From contig DAIMIK010000001.1 of the NCBI GenBank assembly GCA_036722795.1, positions 13 to 64,012 on the forward strand: DNA of 64,000 bases, written 5' to 3'. The notes beneath the pieces are model-generated. The model was not told the DNA's origin. It worked only from the letters and a program-made list of their open reading frames with translations, and did not search any database. This DNA is from Acidimicrobiales bacterium (GTDB lineage: Bacteria; Actinomycetota; Acidimicrobiia; Acidimicrobiales; RAAP-2). A program made the translations under genes and the position numbers. Positions 8,707-17,425 of the stretch are shown in pieces (within the stretch, counting starts at the first letter, position 1; every line of letters starts with the position of its first letter).

Positions 8707-9189
8707 CTACTGCAGGGTCCGCCGGGCGTGTTGCAGCACGAATTCGAGGATCTCGATGTGCTTGGCCGTGTCCATCTCCATCAGCTTGACCAGCAGCTGC
8801 CACAGGGTGGTGTCCTTGACCTCCCTCAGGTGGCTGACCAGGCGACGCAATTCCTTGGCGTCGGCACGTTCCCGCTCCAGGAGTTCCTCGGTCGTCCGGA
8901 CGACGTGGGCCGTGTCCGGCCCCCAGTGATCGAGGCGGGGCACCACCGGCTCCTCGGGACGCAGCTCGGCATCCGTCTTCAGCGCGGATGCCAGCTCCAC
9001 GAACACCCGATGGTGGCGGATCTCGTCCTCGACGATGAGGGCGCTGAGATAGCGGAATGCGCTCGACCCGGAGCTTGTGGCGGCCTCCTGGTACTCGTCC
9101 AGCACCTCACGCTCGCTCTGCTCGTGAGAGGTGAGGAACTCGTACAGCTCCTCTTCCCAAACGCTCGCGCCTACCAGCTTCGTCGCCAC
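8707..9189 (-). CDS. Ferritin-like / four-helix-bundle domain protein
   Basis: C-terminal 160 aa of ORF 8707..9393. GTG at 9189 is preceded by GGAGGAGG. Has paired E...EDEIRHH and MEMDTAKHIE motifs reminiscent of di-iron ferritin-like folds. Confidence 0.45.
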   Translation of the reverse strand: MATKLVGASVWEEELYEFLTSHEQSEREVLDEYQEAATSSGSSAFRYLSALIVEDEIRHHRVFVELASALKTDAELRPEEPVVPRLDHWGPDTAHVVRTTEELLERERADAKELRRLVSHLREVKDTTLWQLLVKLMEMDTAKHIEILEFVLQHARRTLQ

Positions 9190-9228
9190 GGGTCCTCCTC
9201 CATCCGGTCTCGAGGGATCGTAGCCGCC

Positions 9229-9260
9229 CTGGCCCACGACGATACGGGCTGATGGGCCAG
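9229..9260. promoter_or_regulatory. Inverted repeat CTGGCCCA-N16-TGGGCCAG
   Basis: It lies in the divergent region between the ferritin-like gene (start 9189) and the ferredoxin gene (start 9362). Confidence 0.25.
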
Positions 9261-9361
9261 TTGTCGGCGGTGGTGAACGGATGGAGCGCCGGTGGGGGAA
9301 TCCCCGGTTCCCGTGTCCGGGCTGGCTAGCGTCCGCGGGGAGGGGACACAAGGAGCGCGAG

Positions 9362-9571
9362 ATGCAGGTCCGGATCGACATGGAGAAGTGCACGGGACAT
9401 GGACGGTGCTACACCTTGGCGCCCTCCGTGTTCGGCTCCGATGACAGCGGGTTCGGGAATCTCCTCCACGAGGGGGATCTCGATCCTTCAGTGGAGCGCG
9501 AGGCCGAGCTGGCCGCTGCCAACTGCCCCGAGGGTGCCGTGGAGCTCCGTGCCACACCTCAGGACGGGTGA
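9362..9571 (+). CDS. Small single-cluster ferredoxin (3Fe-4S/4Fe-4S, P450-partner type)
   Basis: ATG at 9362 follows AAGGAG. The cluster motif is MEKCTGHGRC...CPEGAV. Length is 69 aa. Confidence 0.8.
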   Translation: MQVRIDMEKCTGHGRCYTLAPSVFGSDDSGFGNLLHEGDLDPSVEREAELAAANCPEGAVELRATPQDG

Positions 9572-9605
9572 TCCCACCTCGGCCGATCCGACCGAGAGGC
9601 GAGGA

Positions 9606-10796
9606 CTACCGGATCCGAGGTTCCCGGGGGAGTCCAAGTCCCAACTCGGCCACGATGTTGAGGTTGATCTCGGTGGTCCCTCCGGCGATTGTGGTCTGGC
9701 AGGCTGCAGCCATGTTGTAGGCCCACTGACCGGAGGCACCCACACCGAGCATATCCAGGGCGAGCGAGGCAAGGCGCTGCTCGGCCCGACCCCAGGCCAG
9801 TTTGGCCAGGCTGCCGTCCACCCCGGTGGGCTCGTTGTTGCGCATCCGGGCAAACGAGCGGTTCGCCATCCATCGCATGCAGGCGATGTCGGCGTACACG
9901 GCCGACACGCGATCGCGGAATCTCGTATCACGGAGCGCAGTGGCGGCAGCCGGCTCGGCCAGCAGGTGGTCGAGCTTTCGGGACAGACCGAGGTGGAGGC
10001 GGGCCACACCGGCTCGTTCGAAGCTCAATGTGGTCATCGCCACCTTCCAGCCACCGTGGAGTGGACCCAGCAATGACGAAGCGGGCACGCGGGCATCGGT
10101 GAAGAACAGCTCGCTGAACGACTGCTCGCCGGTGATGGTCTGTAGCGGACGGGCCTCGATGCCGGCGGTCCGGAGGTCGACGAGCAGGCAGCTGATGCCC
10201 TTGTGATCGGGGACGGAGGGGTCGGTTCGGACGTAGAGCTGGCACCAATCGGCGAGATGGCCGAGGCTGTTCCAGGTCTTCTGGCCATTGATGACGAACT
10301 CGTCGCCGTCGGCGACGGCGGTGGTGCGCAGCGACGCGAGATCCGATCCGGCGTCGGGCTCGGACATGCCCTGGGACCAGATCTCGTCCCCACGTAACAT
10401 CGGGTGCAGGAATCGCCTCTGTTGTTCACCGGTCCCGTACGCCATGATCGCCGGCGCGATATTGGACACCCCGATGACATTGAGGGGGCCGGGGGCGGAG
10501 GCCGCGCTCATCTCCTCCATGTAGGCGAGCTGCTCTTCGATGCCAGCGCCGCGGCCACCGTGCTCCACGGGCCAGGCCGGCGCAGCCCAGCCGGCATCGG
10601 CGAGGCGGTGGTTCCACTCCCGTTGGAGTTCGAGGCTCGCCGCGTCAGGGGCGCCATGGGCGGACTCCGACAACTCGGGCGTCAGTTCGGCGGACAGCCA
10701 GGAGCGCAGGGAGGACCGGAACTCATCGACCGACGCGAATTGCTCACGGGAAGGAGCGTGCGGGTCAGGAGTCGATCGGGGCGCTTGGTCGGGCAT
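9606..10796 (-). CDS. Acyl-CoA dehydrogenase family protein
   Basis: ATG at 10796 within ORF 9606..11396. Motifs include WPVEHGGRGAG, QGMSEPDAGSDLASL and a C-terminal GGTTEINLNIVAE. It is a paralogue of the ACADs at 29347 and 46119. Confidence 0.85.
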   Translation of the reverse strand: MPDQAPRSTPDPHAPSREQFASVDEFRSSLRSWLSAELTPELSESAHGAPDAASLELQREWNHRLADAGWAAPAWPVEHGGRGAGIEEQLAYMEEMSAASAPGPLNVIGVSNIAPAIMAYGTGEQQRRFLHPMLRGDEIWSQGMSEPDAGSDLASLRTTAVADGDEFVINGQKTWNSLGHLADWCQLYVRTDPSVPDHKGISCLLVDLRTAGIEARPLQTITGEQSFSELFFTDARVPASSLLGPLHGGWKVAMTTLSFERAGVARLHLGLSRKLDHLLAEPAAATALRDTRFRDRVSAVYADIACMRWMANRSFARMRNNEPTGVDGSLAKLAWGRAEQRLASLALDMLGVGASGQWAYNMAAACQTTIAGGTTEINLNIVAELGLGLPREPRIR

Positions 10797-11128
10797 GGCG
10801 GTCGAGCTCCTTGAACGGGGCGCTGTCCGGCCTTCCGACCGAACCGGCGAGAGTACGCCTCTACCCGGGCAAGAGTAGTCTTCGCCGACTGATCGGCACC
10901 GTGCTTCGACAGCGCGTCCACTGCCCGGCATGGGGGCCGGTTGGGAGCTGCCGCCGGGTGCGGACAGCGCCCGAGGGCCGCAGCCGTAGCCAGGTCGCCT
11001 TGCTGGGAGCTTCCCCTGGCACTGCTCGCGCCTGCATCTTCTCGACGCCGGCCGAGCCATCACAGCCGGTACGCCGCCGGTACGCTCTGCATGCCGATTC
11101 GTTCCTACGGCCGGAGGAGTCCACCACG

Positions 11129-11983
11129 ATGACGGAGATCGACGCCCTGCTGGCGACACTCGCCCTCGAGCCGACAAGCGGGGGCTCGTACCGCGGAACG
11201 AGCATCGTCTTCGGAGCTGCGCCGGTCGTCTTCGGCGGCCAGTTGCTGGCACAGTCGATCGTGGCGGGTGCGGCGGTCGATCCGACCAAGGAGGTGAAGT
11301 CGATCCACACCGTGTTCGCCCGGGGAGCATCGACTGATGCACCCCTCGAGTTCGACGTGGATGTGCTTCAGACCGGACGCTCGTTCGCCAGTGCATCGGT
11401 CACGGCTCGCCAGGGCAGCCGCCTGTGCACGCGGTCGCTGGTGCTCCTCCACCAGCCGGAGCCCGACCTCATCCGCCACCAGCCGGACCGGCGTGGAGGG
11501 ACGCCGCCCATGGACGCCCCGAGATCCGAGCACTCGAGCGGGTTCTGGGAGGTGCGCGTGGTCGACGGGGTCGACGTTTCCGACCCAGGGGCCGTCGGTC
11601 CTGCGGAACTCGATGTCTGGACACGATTCATCGGTGCCCCGGCCGACGCCACCATCAACCAGGCCCTTCTGGCGTTCGCCTCTGACGGCTTCCTGATCGG
11701 GACGGCCATGCGGCCGCATGCCGGGATCGGCCAGTCCATGGCCCATGTATCGATTTCGACCACCGTCATCACCCATACGCTCGTATTTCATGAGTCGGTG
11801 GACGCCGGCAGCTGGATGCTCCTCTCGCACGAGAGCCCGGCAGCGGGGCGTGGCCGCAGCTACGGTCGGGCCCATGTGTTCTCGGAGGACGGCGGGCTGG
11901 TGGCATCATTCGCGCAAGAGAACATGATCCGTCATTTCACGCCCGATCAGGCACCACAGCCCGGTCGGCGATCCGCCCATTGA
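11129..11983 (+). CDS. tesB: Acyl-CoA thioesterase II (double hotdog)
   Basis: ATG at 11129 follows GGAGGAG. Length is 284 aa. Motifs typical of TesB are present: VFGGQLLAQS, IHTVFARGAS, LQTGRSFASASV and a C-terminal GLVASFAQENMIR. Confidence 0.75.
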   Translation: MTEIDALLATLALEPTSGGSYRGTSIVFGAAPVVFGGQLLAQSIVAGAAVDPTKEVKSIHTVFARGASTDAPLEFDVDVLQTGRSFASASVTARQGSRLCTRSLVLLHQPEPDLIRHQPDRRGGTPPMDAPRSEHSSGFWEVRVVDGVDVSDPGAVGPAELDVWTRFIGAPADATINQALLAFASDGFLIGTAMRPHAGIGQSMAHVSISTTVITHTLVFHESVDAGSWMLLSHESPAAGRGRSYGRAHVFSEDGGLVASFAQENMIRHFTPDQAPQPGRRSAH

Positions 11984-12298
11984 GGGCTCCGCCGATGGGA
12001 TCGGGCCGGCGGAACGAGCAGCTTGGCAGACCGACAAGGATGCTCTACCGTGGTGGCAACCCTGTTTCCGGCGCGACGGGTACACAGGTCGACGAGCGTG
12101 AGTGAGAGCGAGTCCTTGGAGGGGAAACAATGGGCGCTGTGCATCGGGTGCCGGTGACCTCGTGCGGCCACGGCGGTGGTCGTTCCAACCGGTTGCCCGG
12201 CCGCGACGACGGCCGTGGACGAGAGGCGCGGTACAACGTCCCCACGCGTACGTTCCGCATCGTTCGGATCTGTGGGTATCCAGTTGGGAGGGAACGTA

Positions 12299-13123
12299 GT
12301 GGATGACGTACTGCAATATGCCGGAACGACGGTTGTCGTCACGGGTGCCGCCTCGGGCATGGGTGACGCCACCGCCCGACTGCTCACCGAGCTCGGCGCC
12401 AAGGTGATCGGGCTCGATCGAGCGCCTGTCGCTGCGCCTGTCGAGCAACGGATCCATGTGGACCTTCTCGATGCCGAGTCGATCAGTGCCGCCGCCGACC
12501 AGATCGATGGGGAGGTCGATGGGTTCTTCAACTGCGCGGGCCTTCCCGGTCCACCTTTCTCCGACCTCGACGTGATGCTGGTCAACTTCGTGGGTGGCCG
12601 CGCACTGATCGAACGGACGGTGCCGAAGATGCCGGTTGGCTCCTCGATCGTCTACGTCGCATCCGCGGGCGGCATCGGCTGGCAACAGAACCTCGGGACG
12701 TACATGGAGCTGTTCGCCACCGACGACTTCGCCTCGGGCAAGCAGTGGCTCGAGGCCAACCCCGCGGTGTGGAGCGGTAATGCCTACGCGGCCTCCAAGC
12801 AGGCGATCAATGCCTGGACGGCATGGCGGTCGGTCGGGCTGATGAAGGACCACCGCATACGTCTGAACTGCACCAATCCCGGCCCGACCACGACTGCGAT
12901 GATGCCGTACTTCCACGATGCAGTCGGAAAGGAACTCGTCGACGCCGCCCTGGGGCCGGTGGGTTCGTACTCCACCCCCGAGGAGCAGGCATGGGCAATG
13001 GTGCTGGTCGGAAGCCCTCGGGCGAGCTATGTCGTCGGTGAGTCGTTCTACGCCGACGGCGGGTTCTTCGCCGCCTTGCAGACCGGCCAGATCGATTTCT
13101 CCCAACTGATGCCCTCCGAGTAG
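12299..13123 (+). CDS. SDR family oxidoreductase
   Basis: GTG at 12299 follows GGGAGGGA. Has the cofactor-binding motif VVVTGAASGMG and the catalytic YAASK. Confidence 0.8.
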   Translation: MDDVLQYAGTTVVVTGAASGMGDATARLLTELGAKVIGLDRAPVAAPVEQRIHVDLLDAESISAAADQIDGEVDGFFNCAGLPGPPFSDLDVMLVNFVGGRALIERTVPKMPVGSSIVYVASAGGIGWQQNLGTYMELFATDDFASGKQWLEANPAVWSGNAYAASKQAINAWTAWRSVGLMKDHRIRLNCTNPGPTTTAMMPYFHDAVGKELVDAALGPVGSYSTPEEQAWAMVLVGSPRASYVVGESFYADGGFFAALQTGQIDFSQLMPSE

Positions 13124-13129
13124 CGGCCG

Positions 13130-14167
13130 ATGGAGCTTCGTCCGAGCGAAGAGCAGCAGCAGCTGATCGACGCGTATGCAACCTTGTATGCCAAGGAGTC
13201 TTCATCGGGGCGGGTGCGAGCCGCCGAGCCGCTCGGCTTCGATCCGAACCTGTGGTCCCAGCTGGTCGGGATGGGGACGGTGAGCATGGCCGTCGACGAG
13301 GTCCACGGAGGCTGGGGCGCCTCCATGCTCGATCTCGCCCTTGTCGCTCAGGAGCATGGGCGGGCGCTCGGCTCCGCACCGCTCATCGAGATGCTGGTCG
13401 CGTGCCGGTTGCTGGCCCGGGTCGGCGGTGTGGCCGCGGGCGAGTTGCTGGGCTCCGCCCTCGCCGGTGACCGCCTGGTGGCGGTGGCACTCCGCCCACC
13501 TCGTGGGGGGGTCGCCCGTTTGGTTCCTGCAGGGGCGATTGCAACCGACCTCGTCGTACTGCACGACCGTGACCTCGTGGCGGTACCGGTCGGGGATGAC
13601 CGGGTCGTGCCCGAGAACGTCGGTTCGATGCCGCTGGCAGACATTCCCTTGTCGGGGTCGGCAATGGCTGCAGCCGTTACCCTCAGCCGTGGTGAGGATG
13701 CGTCCGCAGCGGTCGACGCCGCACTTGATGATTGGCTGGTGCTCACCGCCAATGCGCTGGCCGGCATCGCCCGTCGATCGGTCCAGATCGGCGTCGAGTA
13801 TGCCAAGGACCGTGAGGCGTTCGGCCAGAAGATCGGAGGGTTCCAGGCGGTGGGCCACCGTCTTGCCGACTGCGCGACGTCGGCCGCCGGTGCCGAGTTG
13901 CTGGCGCGTGAGGCAGCCTGGGCGGCGAGTGAGGAGCCCGATCGATTCGCCGAGCTGGCGGCGATGGCATTCGCGTTCGCCGCTGAGACAGCCCGCGACG
14001 CGAGCGATGCCGCCCTCCACTTCCACGGTGGCTACGGTTTCATGCTCGAGTACGACATCCAGCTCTACTACAGGCGGGCTCGGGCGTGGGCCAATGTGGT
14101 CATGAGCCCGGCGGCGGCATGCCAGCGAGTGGCCGACCGGCGTTACGGGCCGCGAGGTGCACCATGA
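13130..14167 (+). CDS. Acyl-CoA dehydrogenase, short (beta-type) subunit of a probable heteromeric ACAD
   Basis: Length is 345 aa. ACAD C-terminal motifs are present (YAKDREAFGQKIGGFQAV, HGGYGFMLEYD). Its stop overlaps the next ACAD start (ATGA at 14164-14167). Confidence 0.8.
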   Translation: MELRPSEEQQQLIDAYATLYAKESSSGRVRAAEPLGFDPNLWSQLVGMGTVSMAVDEVHGGWGASMLDLALVAQEHGRALGSAPLIEMLVACRLLARVGGVAAGELLGSALAGDRLVAVALRPPRGGVARLVPAGAIATDLVVLHDRDLVAVPVGDDRVVPENVGSMPLADIPLSGSAMAAAVTLSRGEDASAAVDAALDDWLVLTANALAGIARRSVQIGVEYAKDREAFGQKIGGFQAVGHRLADCATSAAGAELLAREAAWAASEEPDRFAELAAMAFAFAAETARDASDAALHFHGGYGFMLEYDIQLYYRRARAWANVVMSPAAACQRVADRRYGPRGAP

Positions 14168-15333
14168 TGGATTTCCGTCTCGGTGAAGCAAGCGACGAGC
14201 TCCGGGCCGAGGTCCGGGCGTTCCTCGAAGAGCGGGTGACCCGTGAGCTCGAGGAGCAGGTCTACCGAAGCGGGGTATCACACGATCCGGAGTTCACCCG
14301 GGCACTGGTCGAACGGGGGTGGATGGCACCCGGGTGGCCGGTCGAGCTCGGGGGTCGCGGACTCGATCCCATCGAGATGCTCGTCATCGGCGAGGAGCTG
14401 CGGTTCGCCGATGCTCCGACCTACGGCATCGGCACCACCATCATGGTGGCCACGGTCATCAGGCTGGCGGGTACCGAGGCCCAGAAGTCCGAGATCATCC
14501 CGAAGGCCCTCGCCGGTGAGATCGTGATGGTGCTGGGCTACAGCGAGCCCGAAGCAGGCTCGGACGTCGCCGCTGCAGCCACGAGGGCGGTGCGCGACGG
14601 CGACGAATGGGTGATCAACGGCCAGAAGATGTTCACCACCAATGCACAGATCGGCGACTACGTCTTCTTGCTGACCCGCACCAACCCGGATGTGGCCAAG
14701 CACAAAGGGCTGACGATGTTCCTCGTGCCCATGGACCAGCCAGGGGTGGAGGTACAGGCGGTGTACACGCTCTCGGGTGAACGCACCAACATCACCTACT
14801 ACAACGATGTTCGCGTCTCGGACGCTTGGCGCGTTGGAGAGGTCGACGAGGGTTGGACGACGATGACGGTGGCCCTGGCCACCGAGCACGCCGCCGGGTT
14901 TGCCGCTGCCATCGAGCGCCTCCTGGTCGAGGCCGAGGCGTGGGCCGCCGAGGCAGTGGACGATGACGGGGCCTCCCGCCTCGATGACGGAGCGGTGCGG
15001 GAGACCCTCGGCCGCATGGCCATCGATCTCGAGGTGTCCCGCCTGCTGCAGCGGCGGGTTGCCTGGATGGCCGAAGCCGGGGTCCCCGTCACCGCCGAAG
15101 GCCCGATGTCGAAGCTGTTCAGCTCCGAGGCGCTCAAGAAGCGGGCGCAGGAGATCGTGGAGATCGTGGGACCCGATGCCCTGCGCAGTTACTTCGATCC
15201 GACAGCACCCTCCCACGGCATCCTCGAGTACATGCTTCGCCACTCGGTTGGTACCACGATCTATGCGGGCACCAGTGAGATCCACCGGAACATGATCGCC
15301 CAGCGCGGGCTTGGCCTTCCCCGTACACGATGA
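14164..15333 (+). CDS. Acyl-CoA dehydrogenase (alpha-type partner)
   Basis: ATG at 14164 within ORF 14086..15333. Motifs include GYSEPEAGSDVAA, WVINGQKMFTT and IYAGTSEIHRNMIA. Its stop overlaps the thiolase start (ATGA at 15330-15333). Confidence 0.85.
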   Translation: MMDFRLGEASDELRAEVRAFLEERVTRELEEQVYRSGVSHDPEFTRALVERGWMAPGWPVELGGRGLDPIEMLVIGEELRFADAPTYGIGTTIMVATVIRLAGTEAQKSEIIPKALAGEIVMVLGYSEPEAGSDVAAAATRAVRDGDEWVINGQKMFTTNAQIGDYVFLLTRTNPDVAKHKGLTMFLVPMDQPGVEVQAVYTLSGERTNITYYNDVRVSDAWRVGEVDEGWTTMTVALATEHAAGFAAAIERLLVEAEAWAAEAVDDDGASRLDDGAVRETLGRMAIDLEVSRLLQRRVAWMAEAGVPVTAEGPMSKLFSSEALKKRAQEIVEIVGPDALRSYFDPTAPSHGILEYMLRHSVGTTIYAGTSEIHRNMIAQRGLGLPRTR

Positions 15334-16523
15334 ATGGAGCATCCATGACCGATGCAATGATCCTTTCTGGCTGCCGCACCGCCATCGGCACCGCATACCG
15401 CGGCAGCCTGACCGAGACCTCGGCATTCGACCTGGCCGAGGTCGTCGTCGCCGACTCTCTCCGACGCTCCGGGCTCGAACCCACCGACGTCGACGACGTC
15501 GTACTCGGTGAGGGACTCTACGGCGGTGGCGTGATCGCACGGCATGCCGCCATTACCGCCGGGTTGGGGCATGTCCCGGGACTGGCCGTCAACCGGCATT
15601 GCGCGGCGGGTCTTGCCGCCGTGCAGGTGGCTGCGTCGGCGATCCTGTCCGGAATGGCCGACTCGGTGATCGCCGGTGGGACCAACTCGCAGTCGACCGC
15701 GCCGATGAGCCGTTACCGGACACCGGGCACCGAAGAATGGCTGGACGGATGGCTCCCCCCGAGCCATCCGGAGACACCCGATGCTCCCTGCGCCGACATG
15801 TCCATCACGGTCGGATGGAACACTGCGGAAGAAGCCGGAGTCAGCCGCGAAGCAATGGACGCTTGGGCGCTACGGTCCCATCAGCGGGCCATCGCAGCCA
15901 TCGACGACGGGCGGTTCGTCGATGAGATCGTTCCGATGAAGATCACCCGAAAGGACGGAGAGGTCGTCCAGTGGGAACGCGACGAGCATCCCCGGCGTGA
16001 GAGTACGGCGGAGAAGATGGCGTCACTGAAGCCACTGCACTCCGAGATCGCCGGTTTCTCGATCACCGCCGGCAACGCCGCCGGCTTGAACGACGGGGCC
16101 GCGGCCCTCTGCCTGGCATCGGGTGCCTTGGCCGGGCAACGGGGACTCGAGCCGCTGGCGACCGTTCGGTCATGGGCGTCGGTGGGGGTCGAGCCGGCGC
16201 GGACCGGGCTTGCGCCCACCGAGGCGATTCCGAGAGCACTGGCCAAGGCCGGGCTCTCCGTGGGCGACGTGCACCTGTTCGAGATCAACGAGGCCTTCGC
16301 CTCGGTCAGCGTGGCCAGCTGCCGAATGCTCGGGCTTGACGAGGAGATCGTGAACGTCAGCGGGAGCGGGTGCAGCCTCGGGCATCCCATTGCGGCAACG
16401 GGAGCACGCATGCTGGTGACGTTGATCTACGAGCTCCGGCGCCGGGGCGGTGGGATCGGGGTGGCATCCATGTGCGCCGGTGGTGGGATGGGATCCGCCA
16501 CCGTCATCGAGGTCGCCGGCTGA
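15330..16523 (+). CDS. Acetyl-CoA C-acyltransferase (thiolase, FadA-type)
   Basis: Contains the NRHCAAGL nucleophile Cys, GHPIAATGARM, and a C-terminal CAGGGMG. Confidence 0.9.
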   Translation: MNGASMTDAMILSGCRTAIGTAYRGSLTETSAFDLAEVVVADSLRRSGLEPTDVDDVVLGEGLYGGGVIARHAAITAGLGHVPGLAVNRHCAAGLAAVQVAASAILSGMADSVIAGGTNSQSTAPMSRYRTPGTEEWLDGWLPPSHPETPDAPCADMSITVGWNTAEEAGVSREAMDAWALRSHQRAIAAIDDGRFVDEIVPMKITRKDGEVVQWERDEHPRRESTAEKMASLKPLHSEIAGFSITAGNAAGLNDGAAALCLASGALAGQRGLEPLATVRSWASVGVEPARTGLAPTEAIPRALAKAGLSVGDVHLFEINEAFASVSVASCRMLGLDEEIVNVSGSGCSLGHPIAATGARMLVTLIYELRRRGGGIGVASMCAGGGMGSATVIEVAG

Positions 16524-16537
16524 CCGAGTGCCTCCCG

Positions 16538-17206
16538 TCAGACCGTTTCGACCGTCCCCGCCATCACGCCGGACAGGCACCAGCGCACCATGTCGTCGGT
16601 GGTCACTGCCTCGTCGTTGAGATTCACTCCGAGCACGCGCATGTCGAGGATCGAGACCAGTGTGTGGATGACGAGGCTTGCCAGCACGGGCACGCTGATG
16701 TCGGTGCGGAAGGTTCCCGCCGCCGCGCCAGCCTCGAGGATCTCCATGACGATGTCGACGTAGGGTGAGAACGAGGCAGCGAACTCGTCGGTGCGCGAGC
16801 CGGCCAGGTGCCACTGGAAGAGGACGAGCCCGCGTGAGGCGGGATCGTCGGTCTCTTCGCTGCCGAACATGGAGGTCAAGAGGACCCGGAGCTTGACGAC
16901 AGGGTCGGATTCGGCCTCGACCTGCTTCCGGGCCGATCCGACGTGACGCTGCACGGTCTCCTCCACCAGGGCCAGAAGCAGGTCGTCCTTCGTGGCGAAG
17001 TGATGGTAAAAGGACCGAAGGGACATGCCCGAGTGGTCGACGACTTCCTGCACGGTGAAGTCCGGCTTTCCCGTGGTCCGCAGTAGCTCGACAGCCGCGG
17101 CGATGAACATGCTTCCCCGAGAGATGGCCCGTTGCCGGGCCGCCTTCAGCGAACGTTCGACCGTGCGCTCCTGCCATTGGGTCGTTCCGGAACTCTCGTC
17201 TTTCAT
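16538..17206 (-). CDS. TetR/AcrR family transcriptional regulator
   Basis: The N-terminal HTH region reads TVQEVVDHSGMSLRSFYHHFATKDDLL. It is divergent from the hyuA-like gene. Confidence 0.85.
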   Translation of the reverse strand: MKDESSGTTQWQERTVERSLKAARQRAISRGSMFIAAAVELLRTTGKPDFTVQEVVDHSGMSLRSFYHHFATKDDLLLALVEETVQRHVGSARKQVEAESDPVVKLRVLLTSMFGSEETDDPASRGLVLFQWHLAGSRTDEFAASFSPYVDIVMEILEAGAAAGTFRTDISVPVLASLVIHTLVSILDMRVLGVNLNDEAVTTDDMVRWCLSGVMAGTVETV

Positions 17207-17425
17207 GAACGGGCCTCGAAGCTAGCGTAGGTCGCGGGACGCCGGAGCTCGTGGGACGGGCGCCGTGCGGAGTGCCGGTTATCCGAGTATAGGGGCGGGC
17301 CCGGATCGCATCGTGCTGGTCACATGATCAAGAGTGGGCTTCTTTCGGCCCCTGTCGGTAGGCACCGTTGCCGGTAGGATCCCTTTCTGAGCGATGCCGG
17401 GGGGCGCGCTGTGGTTGGGAGGGTG

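Noticed and set aside
12130-12306. A 58-aa ORF with a strong GGAGGGG SD, ending inside the SDR start.
   Set aside because: It is an Arg-rich, composition-driven peptide with no recognisable features. It might be a leader or uORF, but nothing in the sequence supports that beyond the SD.
17207-17425. Operator search in the TetR/hyuA divergent region, including KstR-type (TnnAACnnGTTnnA) and KstR2-type (AnCAAGnnCTTGnT) boxes. The same search was applied to other intergenic regions.
   Set aside because: The only feature found was a direct CGGTAGG repeat (17356-17362 and 17372-17378) with a TAGGAT -10-like box. No convincing palindrome or KstR-like box was found by eye.
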